DNA of 64,000 nucleotides, taken from the NCBI GenBank assembly GCA_963846575.1, contig CAWJWJ010000002.1, positions 2,048,001 to 2,112,000 on the forward strand, in the 5' to 3' direction. Shown here in pieces: positions 11,859 to 21,247 of the stretch. Under the pieces are notes generated by a model. That model saw only the letters and a list, made by a program, of their open reading frames with translations, did not search any database and was not told the origin of the DNA. Numbering within the stretch: position 1 is the stretch's first letter; each line of letters opens with the position of its first letter. A program made the translations under genes and the position numbers. The DNA comes from an uncultured Nitrospiraceae bacterium (lineage in GTDB: Bacteria > Nitrospirota > Nitrospiria > Nitrospirales > Nitrospiraceae).

Positions 11859-11878
11859 CTGTAGGGAAAGCCTTACAG
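11859..11878. promoter_or_regulatory. Palindromic putative response-regulator box CTGTAGG-N6-CTTACAG
   Basis: One mismatch from the TGTAAG-N6-CTTACA box of GacA/UvrY regulators; lies between the regulator and the next gene. Confidence 0.45.
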
Positions 11879-11988
11879 CGGGCCTGCGCGGTGTCCCGCC
11901 CTGAAATTAGACCCTTTCCGATCTTCCTTCCCGGTTATCTCTTGTCTAATTATTAAAGACAACTTGAATAGACAACAAGGAGGCTTCA

Positions 11989-12747
11989 ATGGCGCCTCGC
12001 ATTTCAGATCCCACACAACACAAATTATATGGATATGGATTTCCGTCAGTCGCACTGTCTCTCTGCGCGGGACTCCTCTGCTTGACGAGTGCTCCTTTGG
12101 CGCTGGCTTCCCCGGTGGACTGCCTGACGGTCCTCCCGCTTGGCGGCAACCAGGCGGAGGCGGCCGGAGTGCCCTCGTTACTTACACCATCCTTCTCGCT
12201 GACGCACCAGCGCGACATCTTCGGCTTCGGCGAATTCGCGCTGACGCCAAGCCTTCAGTCCAAGCTGCTTTCCAAGAGCGCTCAATTTTCCAGACTCGAC
12301 AACCCGGAGAGGACACCTCCACGGGTGGAGGGCTGCGGATCTCAGGCACCGCGCACGAAGACCCCTGTCAATCGGGCTGTCATAAGAGGGACCGGTAAAG
12401 ACCTCCCGAAGTATTCCATGCAGCTCCTGAGCCTGCGATCGCTGCCCCATCATGGAAGGCGCCTGGTGTTGAAGACCAGAACGACGCTTCCAGGCCTCCC
12501 CTTTATCTCGCGCGAAAGAACCGTTGGCGTCATCGGGCCGATTCAGGAGCCGCCCGGGGAACAGCCCAAGATTCTGAATCTGACGCAAGGCCCGGCTCTC
12601 AGCGTCCCTTTAGAGACCCAGCCGGTCTTCGCCATGGATCCGCTCAGGAACACCGGACGGTTACCGGTCAGCGAGTCGTTTCGCATGGACATGACGACGA
12701 CACAGGCCCTGCACGGCGGTAACTGCGCCAATGGGTGCCCTTACTGA
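11989..12747 (+). CDS. Hypothetical exported protein
   Basis: AAGGAGG RBS, signal-peptide-like N-terminus, no recognised domain. Confidence 0.55.
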   Translation: MAPRISDPTQHKLYGYGFPSVALSLCAGLLCLTSAPLALASPVDCLTVLPLGGNQAEAAGVPSLLTPSFSLTHQRDIFGFGEFALTPSLQSKLLSKSAQFSRLDNPERTPPRVEGCGSQAPRTKTPVNRAVIRGTGKDLPKYSMQLLSLRSLPHHGRRLVLKTRTTLPGLPFISRERTVGVIGPIQEPPGEQPKILNLTQGPALSVPLETQPVFAMDPLRNTGRLPVSESFRMDMTTTQALHGGNCANGCPY

Positions 12748-12979
12748 TTCCTCATTTTTCCGGGAGGTCTCTTATGACGTGACGATGCGCCTGATTAGTT
12801 TCCCTTCCTTGCCGTGGCACGCAACTCGTGCCATTCAGCCTCGTGACATTCGTCCCGTTGTCGGCCCCCTTCGCTTCTCGTAGTCTGTCGACGACAGAAG
12901 CAGAACCAAGGAAGCAGCGAATCATCTGCAGGCCGCCGAACAATTGCTGGCTGCCCATCCAGAAGGGAGGGAGGAAGGT

Positions 12980-13828
12980 TCACTGCGGAGGATGGAATTG
13001 ACGCACGGCCTTCACCAAGTCTTCCGGCGTCCCGATGTCGATGTAGGTATCGTGGAGAAAGGTCACGGTTTGGATCGCCACATGTTCTTTCAGCGCCGCT
13101 CGAAACACGACACCCATGGCAAGATCCCCGCCTAGATCATTGGCCGGGCTCGCGAGCTCGCCTAGATTGCGACGCGTGTCATCGGCTCGAAGAAAACGGT
13201 GCAGGAACTCTGAGAAAGCAGGGGTCCAGACGGCGCAACACCAACCGTATGTGAGAGTCGTCGCAGCCGGTTTCATGACGATGCCCCTGACGCGGCCGTC
13301 AGCCTCGCAGTCGACCATATCCCAGGCAGAAGGGTTGTAGACCGGATGAAGGCCCAGCACCACGTCGGCCCCGGTCGTTTCCTGCCTGTCGATCATGTGT
13401 CGATAGGCATCATCTGGTCCGAAGAGGATGTCGGGAAAGCCAAAGGCCACCCGCTTATCGGCCAGGAATGCATTGGCGCGATCGATGGTGTCGGGAGGTC
13501 CCAAGGAGCCCGGAATGACGACGTAGGCAAGGGACAGATCCAGAAAACCACCGTCACGGAAATAATTCGGGATGTCCCACTTGCCGTCCCGGATCACCAG
13601 ATAGGCTTTTGTGATCCCCGCCATCCTGAACTTTTCCAGGAGATACTGCGCCGCCACCTTGGGGCGCGGTATCCCGGTATGCTTATCCCGCGCAAAGCCA
13701 ACTGGAAACACCTCTTTGCTGCAAGGGAAGGGTTGCAGGCGTTTGGCGGATCCCGCAGCCGGCACCAGGCCCACCACTTCGGGCCAGCCGGGCGAAGATG
13801 GGTCGCGCTGTTTTTTGAGGGACGTCAT
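12980..13828 (-). CDS. Sugar-phosphate nucleotidyltransferase (RmlA-like)
   Basis: GLVPAAGSAKRLQP.PCSKE, FGFPDI, YIDIGTPEDL; ATG 13828 overlaps the upstream stop. Confidence 0.88.
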   Translation of the reverse strand: MTSLKKQRDPSSPGWPEVVGLVPAAGSAKRLQPFPCSKEVFPVGFARDKHTGIPRPKVAAQYLLEKFRMAGITKAYLVIRDGKWDIPNYFRDGGFLDLSLAYVVIPGSLGPPDTIDRANAFLADKRVAFGFPDILFGPDDAYRHMIDRQETTGADVVLGLHPVYNPSAWDMVDCEADGRVRGIVMKPAATTLTYGWCCAVWTPAFSEFLHRFLRADDTRRNLGELASPANDLGGDLAMGVVFRAALKEHVAIQTVTFLHDTYIDIGTPEDLVKAVRQFHPPQ

Positions 13829-15054
13829 CGCGATCCTGCCTTGGTGCCGCTCAGTGAGCCGCCTGTGATCTCCCGATAGTAGGTATCGAGCACCGCAACA
13901 CGAGCCGGTTCGATGAGTACCAGCTGACGCTGGTCGAAGGTATTGGCGCAATAGAGATATTCAAACCACGCTGCACGTCCCCGTTCGACGTGTAGCTGCC
14001 GACCGTCCGTCTCTTCACGGGTGATCTGCTCCGCCACATGTTTATCGGGAAGAGCCATCCAGGCCTGCTGCGCCGAGCTGTCATGGTTTTCGTACAACGG
14101 ATGATCGTCCTGCCCGTGAATGGAGCCGAGCCCCTCCACGTCGAGCATCGGCCCGGCGTCCGGTTCGGGTGATTCATCCCATGCCAACGTCCCCGGCCAG
14201 TCCCCGACACCCAAGACATACAACGGGCCGTCGTCGGTGACTTCCTCCACCGAACGATACCGTAGCGGCTCGGGCAGCGACAGCAACTGGAACCCCCGGG
14301 CGGCCAGCGCCCGCTGAAACGGCACGCGCCTGGAAAGTTGACGGGTCTTTTCGAACAGGACCATGCGACCCGGAATCGTCAGGCAGGAGCGCAGCCGATC
14401 AAGCCTGAGGCCGAGACCGGTTCGTTGCTCGAACTGTTGCTGCTGCTGAACGTTGGATGCGCGTTCGAACGTGCTCCAGGCGCGGCTCGGGACACCAGGG
14501 TCCTGCTCGGCCTGCAGCAATGCATGGGTGGCGACGACGAGAGCAAATTCGTTGGGCAGCGCCTGCTGATCCAGGTCCAGGCATTCGAATCGAACATTCG
14601 TCACTCCCAACTCTTGCGCCCGTTGTCGTGCGAGCTCGATCGAGGCCGGAGAGCGATCAATACCGACCACCCGACAGTCCGGGCATTGACGGGCATAAAA
14701 CGTCGTCAGGATTCCGATGCCGCAGCCGACATCGAGCACGGAGGGCGCGCCGGCAAGGGAACGCGCGACGAGGGAGCCGACCTCGAGGTAATATTCGTAA
14801 CGCTGGCTGTAGAGAGCTGGCACCGACGCGGGGCGCGCAGTCAGATCGTAAAAAGCGATCTCAGCAGCAGGTCCGTCGATCGCCTGCCGCTTGGCTTCGA
14901 TATGCCGGTGCAGCGTGGCGAGCTCTTCCAAAGTGAAGACTTCACGCTGCCAGGCAAAGTAGGCGGCATCCGTCTCGACGTGCCGAAGCCCCCACCAGGC
15001 GAGATGAGCGGTGAGCGCCTGTCTCGTCCTCTCGTCGCTCATCATTCGGGTCAT
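13825..15054 (-). CDS. Class I SAM-dependent methyltransferase
   Basis: VLDVGCGIG motif I, VVGIDRS motif II. Confidence 0.85.
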   Translation of the reverse strand: MTRMMSDERTRQALTAHLAWWGLRHVETDAAYFAWQREVFTLEELATLHRHIEAKRQAIDGPAAEIAFYDLTARPASVPALYSQRYEYYLEVGSLVARSLAGAPSVLDVGCGIGILTTFYARQCPDCRVVGIDRSPASIELARQRAQELGVTNVRFECLDLDQQALPNEFALVVATHALLQAEQDPGVPSRAWSTFERASNVQQQQQFEQRTGLGLRLDRLRSCLTIPGRMVLFEKTRQLSRRVPFQRALAARGFQLLSLPEPLRYRSVEEVTDDGPLYVLGVGDWPGTLAWDESPEPDAGPMLDVEGLGSIHGQDDHPLYENHDSSAQQAWMALPDKHVAEQITREETDGRQLHVERGRAAWFEYLYCANTFDQRQLVLIEPARVAVLDTYYREITGGSLSGTKAGSR

Positions 15055-15078
15055 GACGCGCGTCCCGGTTACGGACCG

Positions 15079-16443
15079 TCAAGGACGCTTCAACATAATG
15101 GCGTCTTCGTAGGCCAACGGCACCGGGTGCGGATGGCGCAGCTGCCCGCTCCCGAAGACGACGTATTTTTCGCAGGTGAGTTGTTCGAGGCCGATCGGCC
15201 CGCGCGCATGTTGACGAGTCGAACTTAACCCCACATCGGCGCCGAAACCCAGGCTGTCGCCGGCGTTCAGCCGGGACGAAGCGTTGACGAGGACGGTTCC
15301 GGCGTCCACCTCCCTCGTGAAACGCATGGCCGAATCATATGATTTTGTGACGATGACGCAGGTATGGCTAGGACCGTGTTTCGCGATATGATCCAGGGCT
15401 TCCTGGAAGCTGGGCACCATTTTAATGGCCATACTCGGGCCCTGGAATTGCCTGTTCCAGTCGGCGTCTTGGGCGGGTTTGACCGCCTTATGGCCGGTCA
15501 TCAACATCTGCCCCATCAAGGCGACGGTCTTCGGACAGCCGTACACATCGATCTTGAATTCATCCAGGAGCCGCAGAATCAGGGCCGACAAGAGCGGTCT
15601 CGCAATGCCTTGGTGCACGAGCAGGGTATCCAACGCATTGGCGGCGGCCGGCAGCTGCACTTTTGAATTGACCACCACGTTTTGAGCCAACGGGATCTCG
15701 ACGTCGTCATCGATATACACATGGGTGATGCCGCCGTCATGGCATAGGATCGGCATTTTGGCCTGTTCCTGAACCACCTTCCGAAGCCCGGCGCCACCGC
15801 GGGGAATGATCGCGTCCAAGGCCTTGCCGGACTTGATCAACTCCAGCGCCGCCTCCTTCTCCGGACGGTCGATGATCGTGTAGGCGCCGGATGGGAAGCC
15901 TGCCTCTGTTGTCGCGCGAGTCAAACAGTCGGCAATCGCTTGCTGTGTGAGGGTCCAGTCCGGTGAGCCCCGAAACACGCACACATTGCCTGATTTTATG
16001 CAGAGTGCCAGTGCGTCGATGGTCTCCAGCGGGGCCAATTCGGACACAATGCCGATGACGCCGATCGGGACCCGAACCCGGCTGACTTGAAGCCCATTGG
16101 GTTCGTCGTGGCGGGCCATGACTTCACCCAGAGGATCAGGAAGATCGGCAATGTGGTGCAGTCGATCTACCAAGGCCTTCACATCATCGGCCGTCATGCG
16201 GACTCGCGCGACTGCATCCCGCACCCGCTCCCGGTTTTCATACCCGGTCATCGATTTTCCCACCGCATCCACATCCTTCTCATTCGCAGAGAGGATGGCC
16301 TCTTCGGCTTCTGCGAGATTCGTGGCCATCGAGCGTAAGGCCTTATCCCGCACCGGACCTGGCACCAGAGAGAATGGACGCACGGCTTCACGAGCCAATT
16401 TCAACAGCTTATCGAGATAAAGCTTGACTGGAACTTCAACCAT
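15079..16443 (-). CDS. proA: Gamma-glutamyl phosphate reductase (ProA) homolog lacking the catalytic Cys
   Basis: LPDPLGE, RVPIGVIG, IIPRGG, VNASSR, HARGPIGLEQLT; the usual CNA motif reads ANA. Confidence 0.8.
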   Translation of the reverse strand: MVEVPVKLYLDKLLKLAREAVRPFSLVPGPVRDKALRSMATNLAEAEEAILSANEKDVDAVGKSMTGYENRERVRDAVARVRMTADDVKALVDRLHHIADLPDPLGEVMARHDEPNGLQVSRVRVPIGVIGIVSELAPLETIDALALCIKSGNVCVFRGSPDWTLTQQAIADCLTRATTEAGFPSGAYTIIDRPEKEAALELIKSGKALDAIIPRGGAGLRKVVQEQAKMPILCHDGGITHVYIDDDVEIPLAQNVVVNSKVQLPAAANALDTLLVHQGIARPLLSALILRLLDEFKIDVYGCPKTVALMGQMLMTGHKAVKPAQDADWNRQFQGPSMAIKMVPSFQEALDHIAKHGPSHTCVIVTKSYDSAMRFTREVDAGTVLVNASSRLNAGDSLGFGADVGLSSTRQHARGPIGLEQLTCEKYVVFGSGQLRHPHPVPLAYEDAIMLKRP

Positions 16444-16540
16444 GTTGTGCCTGTGTGTTGATCCGGTGAATAGAGAACATCCGTGATGCCGGCGACCTCC
16501 GGGTACTCGGAGGCGATCCGCCAATCACTGCCGCGCCGGA

Positions 16541-17887
16541 CTATACCACGCGATTTTTTGGTGAGTCAAAGACAGACACCCTTGCTTCCGCGCGATGATC
16601 CGGCTGGGCCGGCGACTCGCGCGAGCGCACCTGCGTTCGGTGCTGAGAGGCGAGCCAGTGGCTGAGCCAGGCCCAGAGCAACATCAGCGGAACGAGCGCC
16701 CAGGCCATGGACGTGACCGTGACACCGAACGCCTTGATGCCCGAGACCAACCATCCGGTCCCCGCATCTCCTCCGCGCGAGACGGCCGTGTCGATAAAGT
16801 TCTTGGCCTTATATTTTTCTTCGCGACTGACGACCGTGAAGAGCACTTCGCGCGCCGGTTTGGACAGCGCGTACTCCCCGACCCGTCGGAGGACTGAAAA
16901 GCTGACGTATAGCAGAAGACCCGGCCAGAGCGCGATGCCCAGAAAACCGCCCACACTGACGACCGGCAGAAAAAGCAGCGCCGCCACCAGCCCAAACCGA
17001 CCGACCAGACGGTTCGTGATCAGAATCTGGGTCACCCACGTGAGCACGTTGGTGGCAAAGTCCAACGTGGAGAAGAGTCGCGTCCTGGCCTCTGGCGTGG
17101 AGAAGTGCTCAGCCACCAGCCGTACCTGTTCGAGGTAGAGGAAGGTCGCGCTCATGGTCAGGAACACCAGGTATCCGCAGATGCCGAGCAGATAGGGAGA
17201 CGCAAACACCAATCGAACACCAGCCAGCACACCTCCGCCCAGCGCCTCCCCGGTATTCGCGCGATGGGATCGAGACCGCAGTCGGCTCCAATGTTCCAGC
17301 TTGTAGATACATCCGGTACAGGCCACTAGAAACAGGGCCGACACCAACATGAGGACCGGCACGGGGAACAGGTAGGTCAGTCCGGTTGTCAGCATGGGAC
17401 CGAACAGCGCGCCGGTGCTCCCCCCGGCCGCAATCACGCCGAAGAGGCGTGCGCCCTGCTGCGGGGTAAAGAGGTCGGCCATGAAACTCCAGAAAATCGA
17501 GACCACGAACAGGTTGAAGACCGAGAGCCATACGAAAAATCCGCGCGCGACCCACTCGATAGACTGCCGGGATGTCATCAGGAAATACAGCGCCACCAGG
17601 TTGAGAATAAAGAATCCGTAGATGGCGATCAGTAGACGGTAGCGTGAATAGCGGGCCGACAACCAGCCGAACAGCGGCGTCACCGCCAGCAAGGTCACGA
17701 ATGTGCCGGTCATCATCCAGGGCAGATTGTGGACCCCGCCTTGAATGGCCATTTCGTCGCGCACTGGGCGGAGAATATAGTAGCCGCAGAGGAGACAGAA
17801 AAAATAAGCGAACGACCAGGCCAAGGGCCGCAGTTCCTGCGGCTCGGCCTGCACAAATCGGGCGACTGAACGACGAAAACGTTCCAT
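16541..17887 (-). CDS. MFS-fold nucleotide transporter-like protein (NTT/AAA family)
   Basis: YYILRPVRD, SIFWSFMAD, REEKYKAKNFIDT.V.RGGD motifs; about 12 TM segments. Confidence 0.8.
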   Translation of the reverse strand: MERFRRSVARFVQAEPQELRPLAWSFAYFFCLLCGYYILRPVRDEMAIQGGVHNLPWMMTGTFVTLLAVTPLFGWLSARYSRYRLLIAIYGFFILNLVALYFLMTSRQSIEWVARGFFVWLSVFNLFVVSIFWSFMADLFTPQQGARLFGVIAAGGSTGALFGPMLTTGLTYLFPVPVLMLVSALFLVACTGCIYKLEHWSRLRSRSHRANTGEALGGGVLAGVRLVFASPYLLGICGYLVFLTMSATFLYLEQVRLVAEHFSTPEARTRLFSTLDFATNVLTWVTQILITNRLVGRFGLVAALLFLPVVSVGGFLGIALWPGLLLYVSFSVLRRVGEYALSKPAREVLFTVVSREEKYKAKNFIDTAVSRGGDAGTGWLVSGIKAFGVTVTSMAWALVPLMLLWAWLSHWLASQHRTQVRSRESPAQPDHRAEARVSVFDSPKNRVV

Positions 17888-17999
17888 GCGACTCCACGTG
17901 GGACAGGAGTGTAACACTGGCGGGATAAAATTTTGCTACAATGCCGCTCAAGTCGGATTCCCACTGCGAGAACACCGCGTGCAGACGACAGCGCCACCC

Positions 18000-19070
18000 A
18001 TGATCGACCTCCGCAGCGATACCGTCACCAAGCCGTCCCCTGCCATGCGCGACGCGATGGCGCGCGCGGAGGTGGGCGACGATGTATACGGGGAGGATCC
18101 GACGGTCAACCGTCTGCAGGAACGCGGCGCGGCGTTGGTCGGCAAGCGAGCCGCGCTCTTCGTGCCGTCCGGTACCCTCGGAAACCAACTCTGCCTCCGC
18201 GCGCAGGCCGAACCCGGACGTGAAGTGATCGTTGAGCGTCACTCGCATATCGTGCGTTACGAACAGGGCGCAGCAGGGGCCCTCGCCGGCGTGCAATTAC
18301 ATTGGGTGCAAGGAACGCAGGGGCTCATGACGCCGGAGCAGGTGGAGGCCGCAATACGTCCCACGGATGCACACACCATTCAGACCGCTCTGCTCTGCAT
18401 CGAAAACACCCACAATGCCGGAGGCGGGACCATCTACCCCCTGTCGACCATTCACGCGATTCGCGCCCTGGCGGCCGGCCATGGTGTCCCGATGCATCTC
18501 GATGGAGCCCGCCTATTCAATGCCGTCGTGGCCTCGGGTGTTCCGGCCGCGGAGTACGCCCGGCACTTCGAAACGGTGACCTTCTGTCTTTCGAAGGGGC
18601 TTGGCGCGCCGGCCGGCTCCCTGATCGCCACGGACGACCTCTTACTAGCGGACCGCCTCCGACGGTACCGCCGGATGTATGGGGGCGCCATGCGCCAGGC
18701 CGGTATCCTGGCAGCTGCAGGACTGTACGCACTTGATCATAATATTGGCCGCCTGGCGGACGATCACGCGAATGCTCGGCGTCTCGCGGAGCGACTCGCC
18801 CAGCTTCCCGATGTGTCGATCAACCCCGAGGCGGTTGCCACGAACATTCTGTTCTTCGACGTGCACTCCGCGCGCTTCTCGGTGCGGGAGTTCATCGAGG
18901 CGCTCAAGCAACAAGGCGTGCTGCTCAACACCGTTGGCGGCAACACCTGCAGGGCCGTGACACATCTGGACATATCCGCCGACGCCATCGAGCGCGCGGC
19001 TGATCTTGTGGCACAGGTCCTCGGCCGGGAGCGCAGCTCTCGCATTGACAGCCCGAGAGCCCCCTCCTAA
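18000..19070 (+). CDS. ltaE: Low-specificity L-threonine aldolase
   Basis: MIDLRSDTVT, GDDVYGEDPT, HLDGARLFNA, CLSKGLGAP (PLP Lys). Confidence 0.93.
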   Translation: MIDLRSDTVTKPSPAMRDAMARAEVGDDVYGEDPTVNRLQERGAALVGKRAALFVPSGTLGNQLCLRAQAEPGREVIVERHSHIVRYEQGAAGALAGVQLHWVQGTQGLMTPEQVEAAIRPTDAHTIQTALLCIENTHNAGGGTIYPLSTIHAIRALAAGHGVPMHLDGARLFNAVVASGVPAAEYARHFETVTFCLSKGLGAPAGSLIATDDLLLADRLRRYRRMYGGAMRQAGILAAAGLYALDHNIGRLADDHANARRLAERLAQLPDVSINPEAVATNILFFDVHSARFSVREFIEALKQQGVLLNTVGGNTCRAVTHLDISADAIERAADLVAQVLGRERSSRIDSPRAPS

Positions 19071-19104
19071 AATGCCATCAACCCGGTAGGACTGAGAGGT
19101 GTGC

Positions 19105-19332
19105 GTGACGCTTGATGCAGTCTCGTTTCAGCAGATCAGCAGAATCCTTGATGTGACCGATGCCTTGGGCCTGGATCGCGAGTGGGTTGAAATTCCGCTC
19201 TCGCCGGAAAATCCCGGCATAGTCCGCAAACTCCCCAACGGCAAACTCGAAATCGTCGTCGATGCCGAGCAACCGTTCGATCAGTGGCTCGGCACCCTCG
19301 AACAACTCATTCGACGTGTGCAGGCAACCTGA
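19105..19332 (+). CDS. Conserved-looking small hypothetical protein
   Basis: GAGG RBS; sits between co-oriented genes. Confidence 0.65.
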   Translation: MTLDAVSFQQISRILDVTDALGLDREWVEIPLSPENPGIVRKLPNGKLEIVVDAEQPFDQWLGTLEQLIRRVQAT

Positions 19333-19358
19333 CACGTTCTAGGACATAGCTATTATCC

Positions 19359-20165
19359 ATGGAACCACAATTGGCTGATTCCTCCCCTCAGTCTTCATCC
19401 GGACTGCCCTCTTCCGAAGAACTGAAGGCTGAGTTGCTGGACATTCCCGAACCTCCTGAGATGCCCCCGGCGGTGACCCCGCCCGGTTACGACGACGCCC
19501 TGGCCGTGGCGGTCAAATACGTACGTGCGAAACGCGGCGGGGACTTAGTCGGTATCATCCTGGTGGGCTCAGGGGCTCGGCGCGCCGTCACTCCCCATAG
19601 CGACATCGATCTGATCGTCCTCGTCAAGGGACCGGCAGACGGACAGGAAATGATCCGCGTCGGCGAGCGGCTGGTCGACATTCGTTACGGAGAACACAAG
19701 ACCGTCGCCGATGATCTCGACTTTGCGCCCCGTCTGGCTCCCCTGCTTCGCAAGGGACGTATTTTGTACGATCATGAGGAGGTTGCTGCGCAGATCATTG
19801 CAAAGGCCTCGCAACGGTTCCGCCAAGGGCCCCCGGCAGCAAGTCTTCACGAAAGGATCCGGCTGAAGGCCGACTGTCTCCACTGGTTGGGAAAAGTCGA
19901 AGACCTCCGGGATAAACCCAGTACCGCACAATACCTCCTGGAAATCTTTTTCCAGGACTGTCTCGCGGCCTTCTTTCGAACGCGCGGGCTGTGGCTTACC
20001 GCCCCGGTCGATACCCTGCGATTCCTGGCCTCGCGCGATCCGGCGCTTGCCGAGTTGGCCAGCCAGTTTCTGAGTGCGCCCACCCTCCACGAACGACTGA
20101 CGTGCGGCCGGCGGTTCGCCGACGCACTGTTTCGCGACATCCCGCTTCCGCCCCGCGTGGATTAG
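19359..20165 (+). CDS. Pol-beta superfamily nucleotidyltransferase with helical C-domain
   Basis: LVGSGAR...SDIDLIV (GS-x10-DxD). Confidence 0.8.
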   Translation: MEPQLADSSPQSSSGLPSSEELKAELLDIPEPPEMPPAVTPPGYDDALAVAVKYVRAKRGGDLVGIILVGSGARRAVTPHSDIDLIVLVKGPADGQEMIRVGERLVDIRYGEHKTVADDLDFAPRLAPLLRKGRILYDHEEVAAQIIAKASQRFRQGPPAASLHERIRLKADCLHWLGKVEDLRDKPSTAQYLLEIFFQDCLAAFFRTRGLWLTAPVDTLRFLASRDPALAELASQFLSAPTLHERLTCGRRFADALFRDIPLPPRVD

Positions 20166-20327
20166 CGGGCGCCCGGCCGGCGTCGTTGACGGTCAAACGT
20201 GCGCATCCGTTTGTGTTCGAGCGCCCGCGTGGTACCATCGCCTGAGATGCAGGCGAACATTCACGGGCGGTAGCCTTGAGACTAGCCAGCCGGACTTCCT
20301 ACACGCACGATCAAGAGAGGCTCAACT

Positions 20328-21221
20328 ATGGAACTCGGATTTGTCGGACTCGGCAAGATGGGGATGAACATGGTGACGCGTCTGCAACAGGGCCGACATC
20401 GCGTCGTGGCCTACGACCGTGTTCCCGATGTGGTGAAGCAGGCTGAGAGCAAGGGCTGTGTCGGCGCGTCGTCGCTGAGCGATCTCGTTTCCAAACTGGC
20501 CGCACCTCGAGCCGTCTGGATCATGGTGCCCTCGGGGGCTCCGACCGAAGAAACCGTCCAGGCCATTGCCGCCTTACTCCAGCCGGGCGATACGATCATC
20601 GACGGGGGCAATACCCGTTTCCATGACGATACACGCCGTGCCGCCGAGCTGAAGAAAAAGGGCATCCATTACGTGGACGTCGGAACCAGCGGTGGCGTAT
20701 GGGGACTGACGGTGGGCTACTGCCTGATGGTCGGCGGTGAGAATGAACCGGTCCAGCGACTGACTCCCATCTTTCAAACCCTGGCCCCGGAACAGGGATG
20801 GGCGCATCTGGGGGCGCACGGAGCCGGGCACTATGTCAAAATGGTACACAACGGCATCGAATACAGCATGATGCAGGGATATGCCGAGGGATTTGAGCTC
20901 ATGGCGAAAAGCGAGTACGGCCTCGACCTGGGCAGGATCGCCGACGTCTGGATGCATGGCAGCGTCGTGCGCTCCTGGCTGCTGGAACTGGCCGTCGGCG
21001 CCTTGAAACAAGACCCTAAACTCGACAAGCTCAAAGGCTATGTGCAGGATTCCGGAGAGGGACGCTGGATGATTCAAGACGCGATCGACAAAGACGTGCC
21101 GGTTCCAACCCTCACCGCGGCGCTCTTCACCAGGTTTCGGTCTCGGCAGGAAGAGTCCTTCGCTGAAAAAATGCTGGCAGCCTTGCGTAACGCCTTCGGT
21201 GGACACAGCGTCAAGCGCTGA
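20328..21221 (+). CDS. gnd: 6-phosphogluconate dehydrogenase (short, YqeC type)
   Basis: GLGKMG, IDGGN, GHYVKMVHNGIEY, DSGEGRW, RNAFGGH. Confidence 0.95.
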   Translation: MELGFVGLGKMGMNMVTRLQQGRHRVVAYDRVPDVVKQAESKGCVGASSLSDLVSKLAAPRAVWIMVPSGAPTEETVQAIAALLQPGDTIIDGGNTRFHDDTRRAAELKKKGIHYVDVGTSGGVWGLTVGYCLMVGGENEPVQRLTPIFQTLAPEQGWAHLGAHGAGHYVKMVHNGIEYSMMQGYAEGFELMAKSEYGLDLGRIADVWMHGSVVRSWLLELAVGALKQDPKLDKLKGYVQDSGEGRWMIQDAIDKDVPVPTLTAALFTRFRSRQEESFAEKMLAALRNAFGGHSVKR

Positions 21222-21247
21222 GATCTCAACCACGGGGAACCCAAGTC

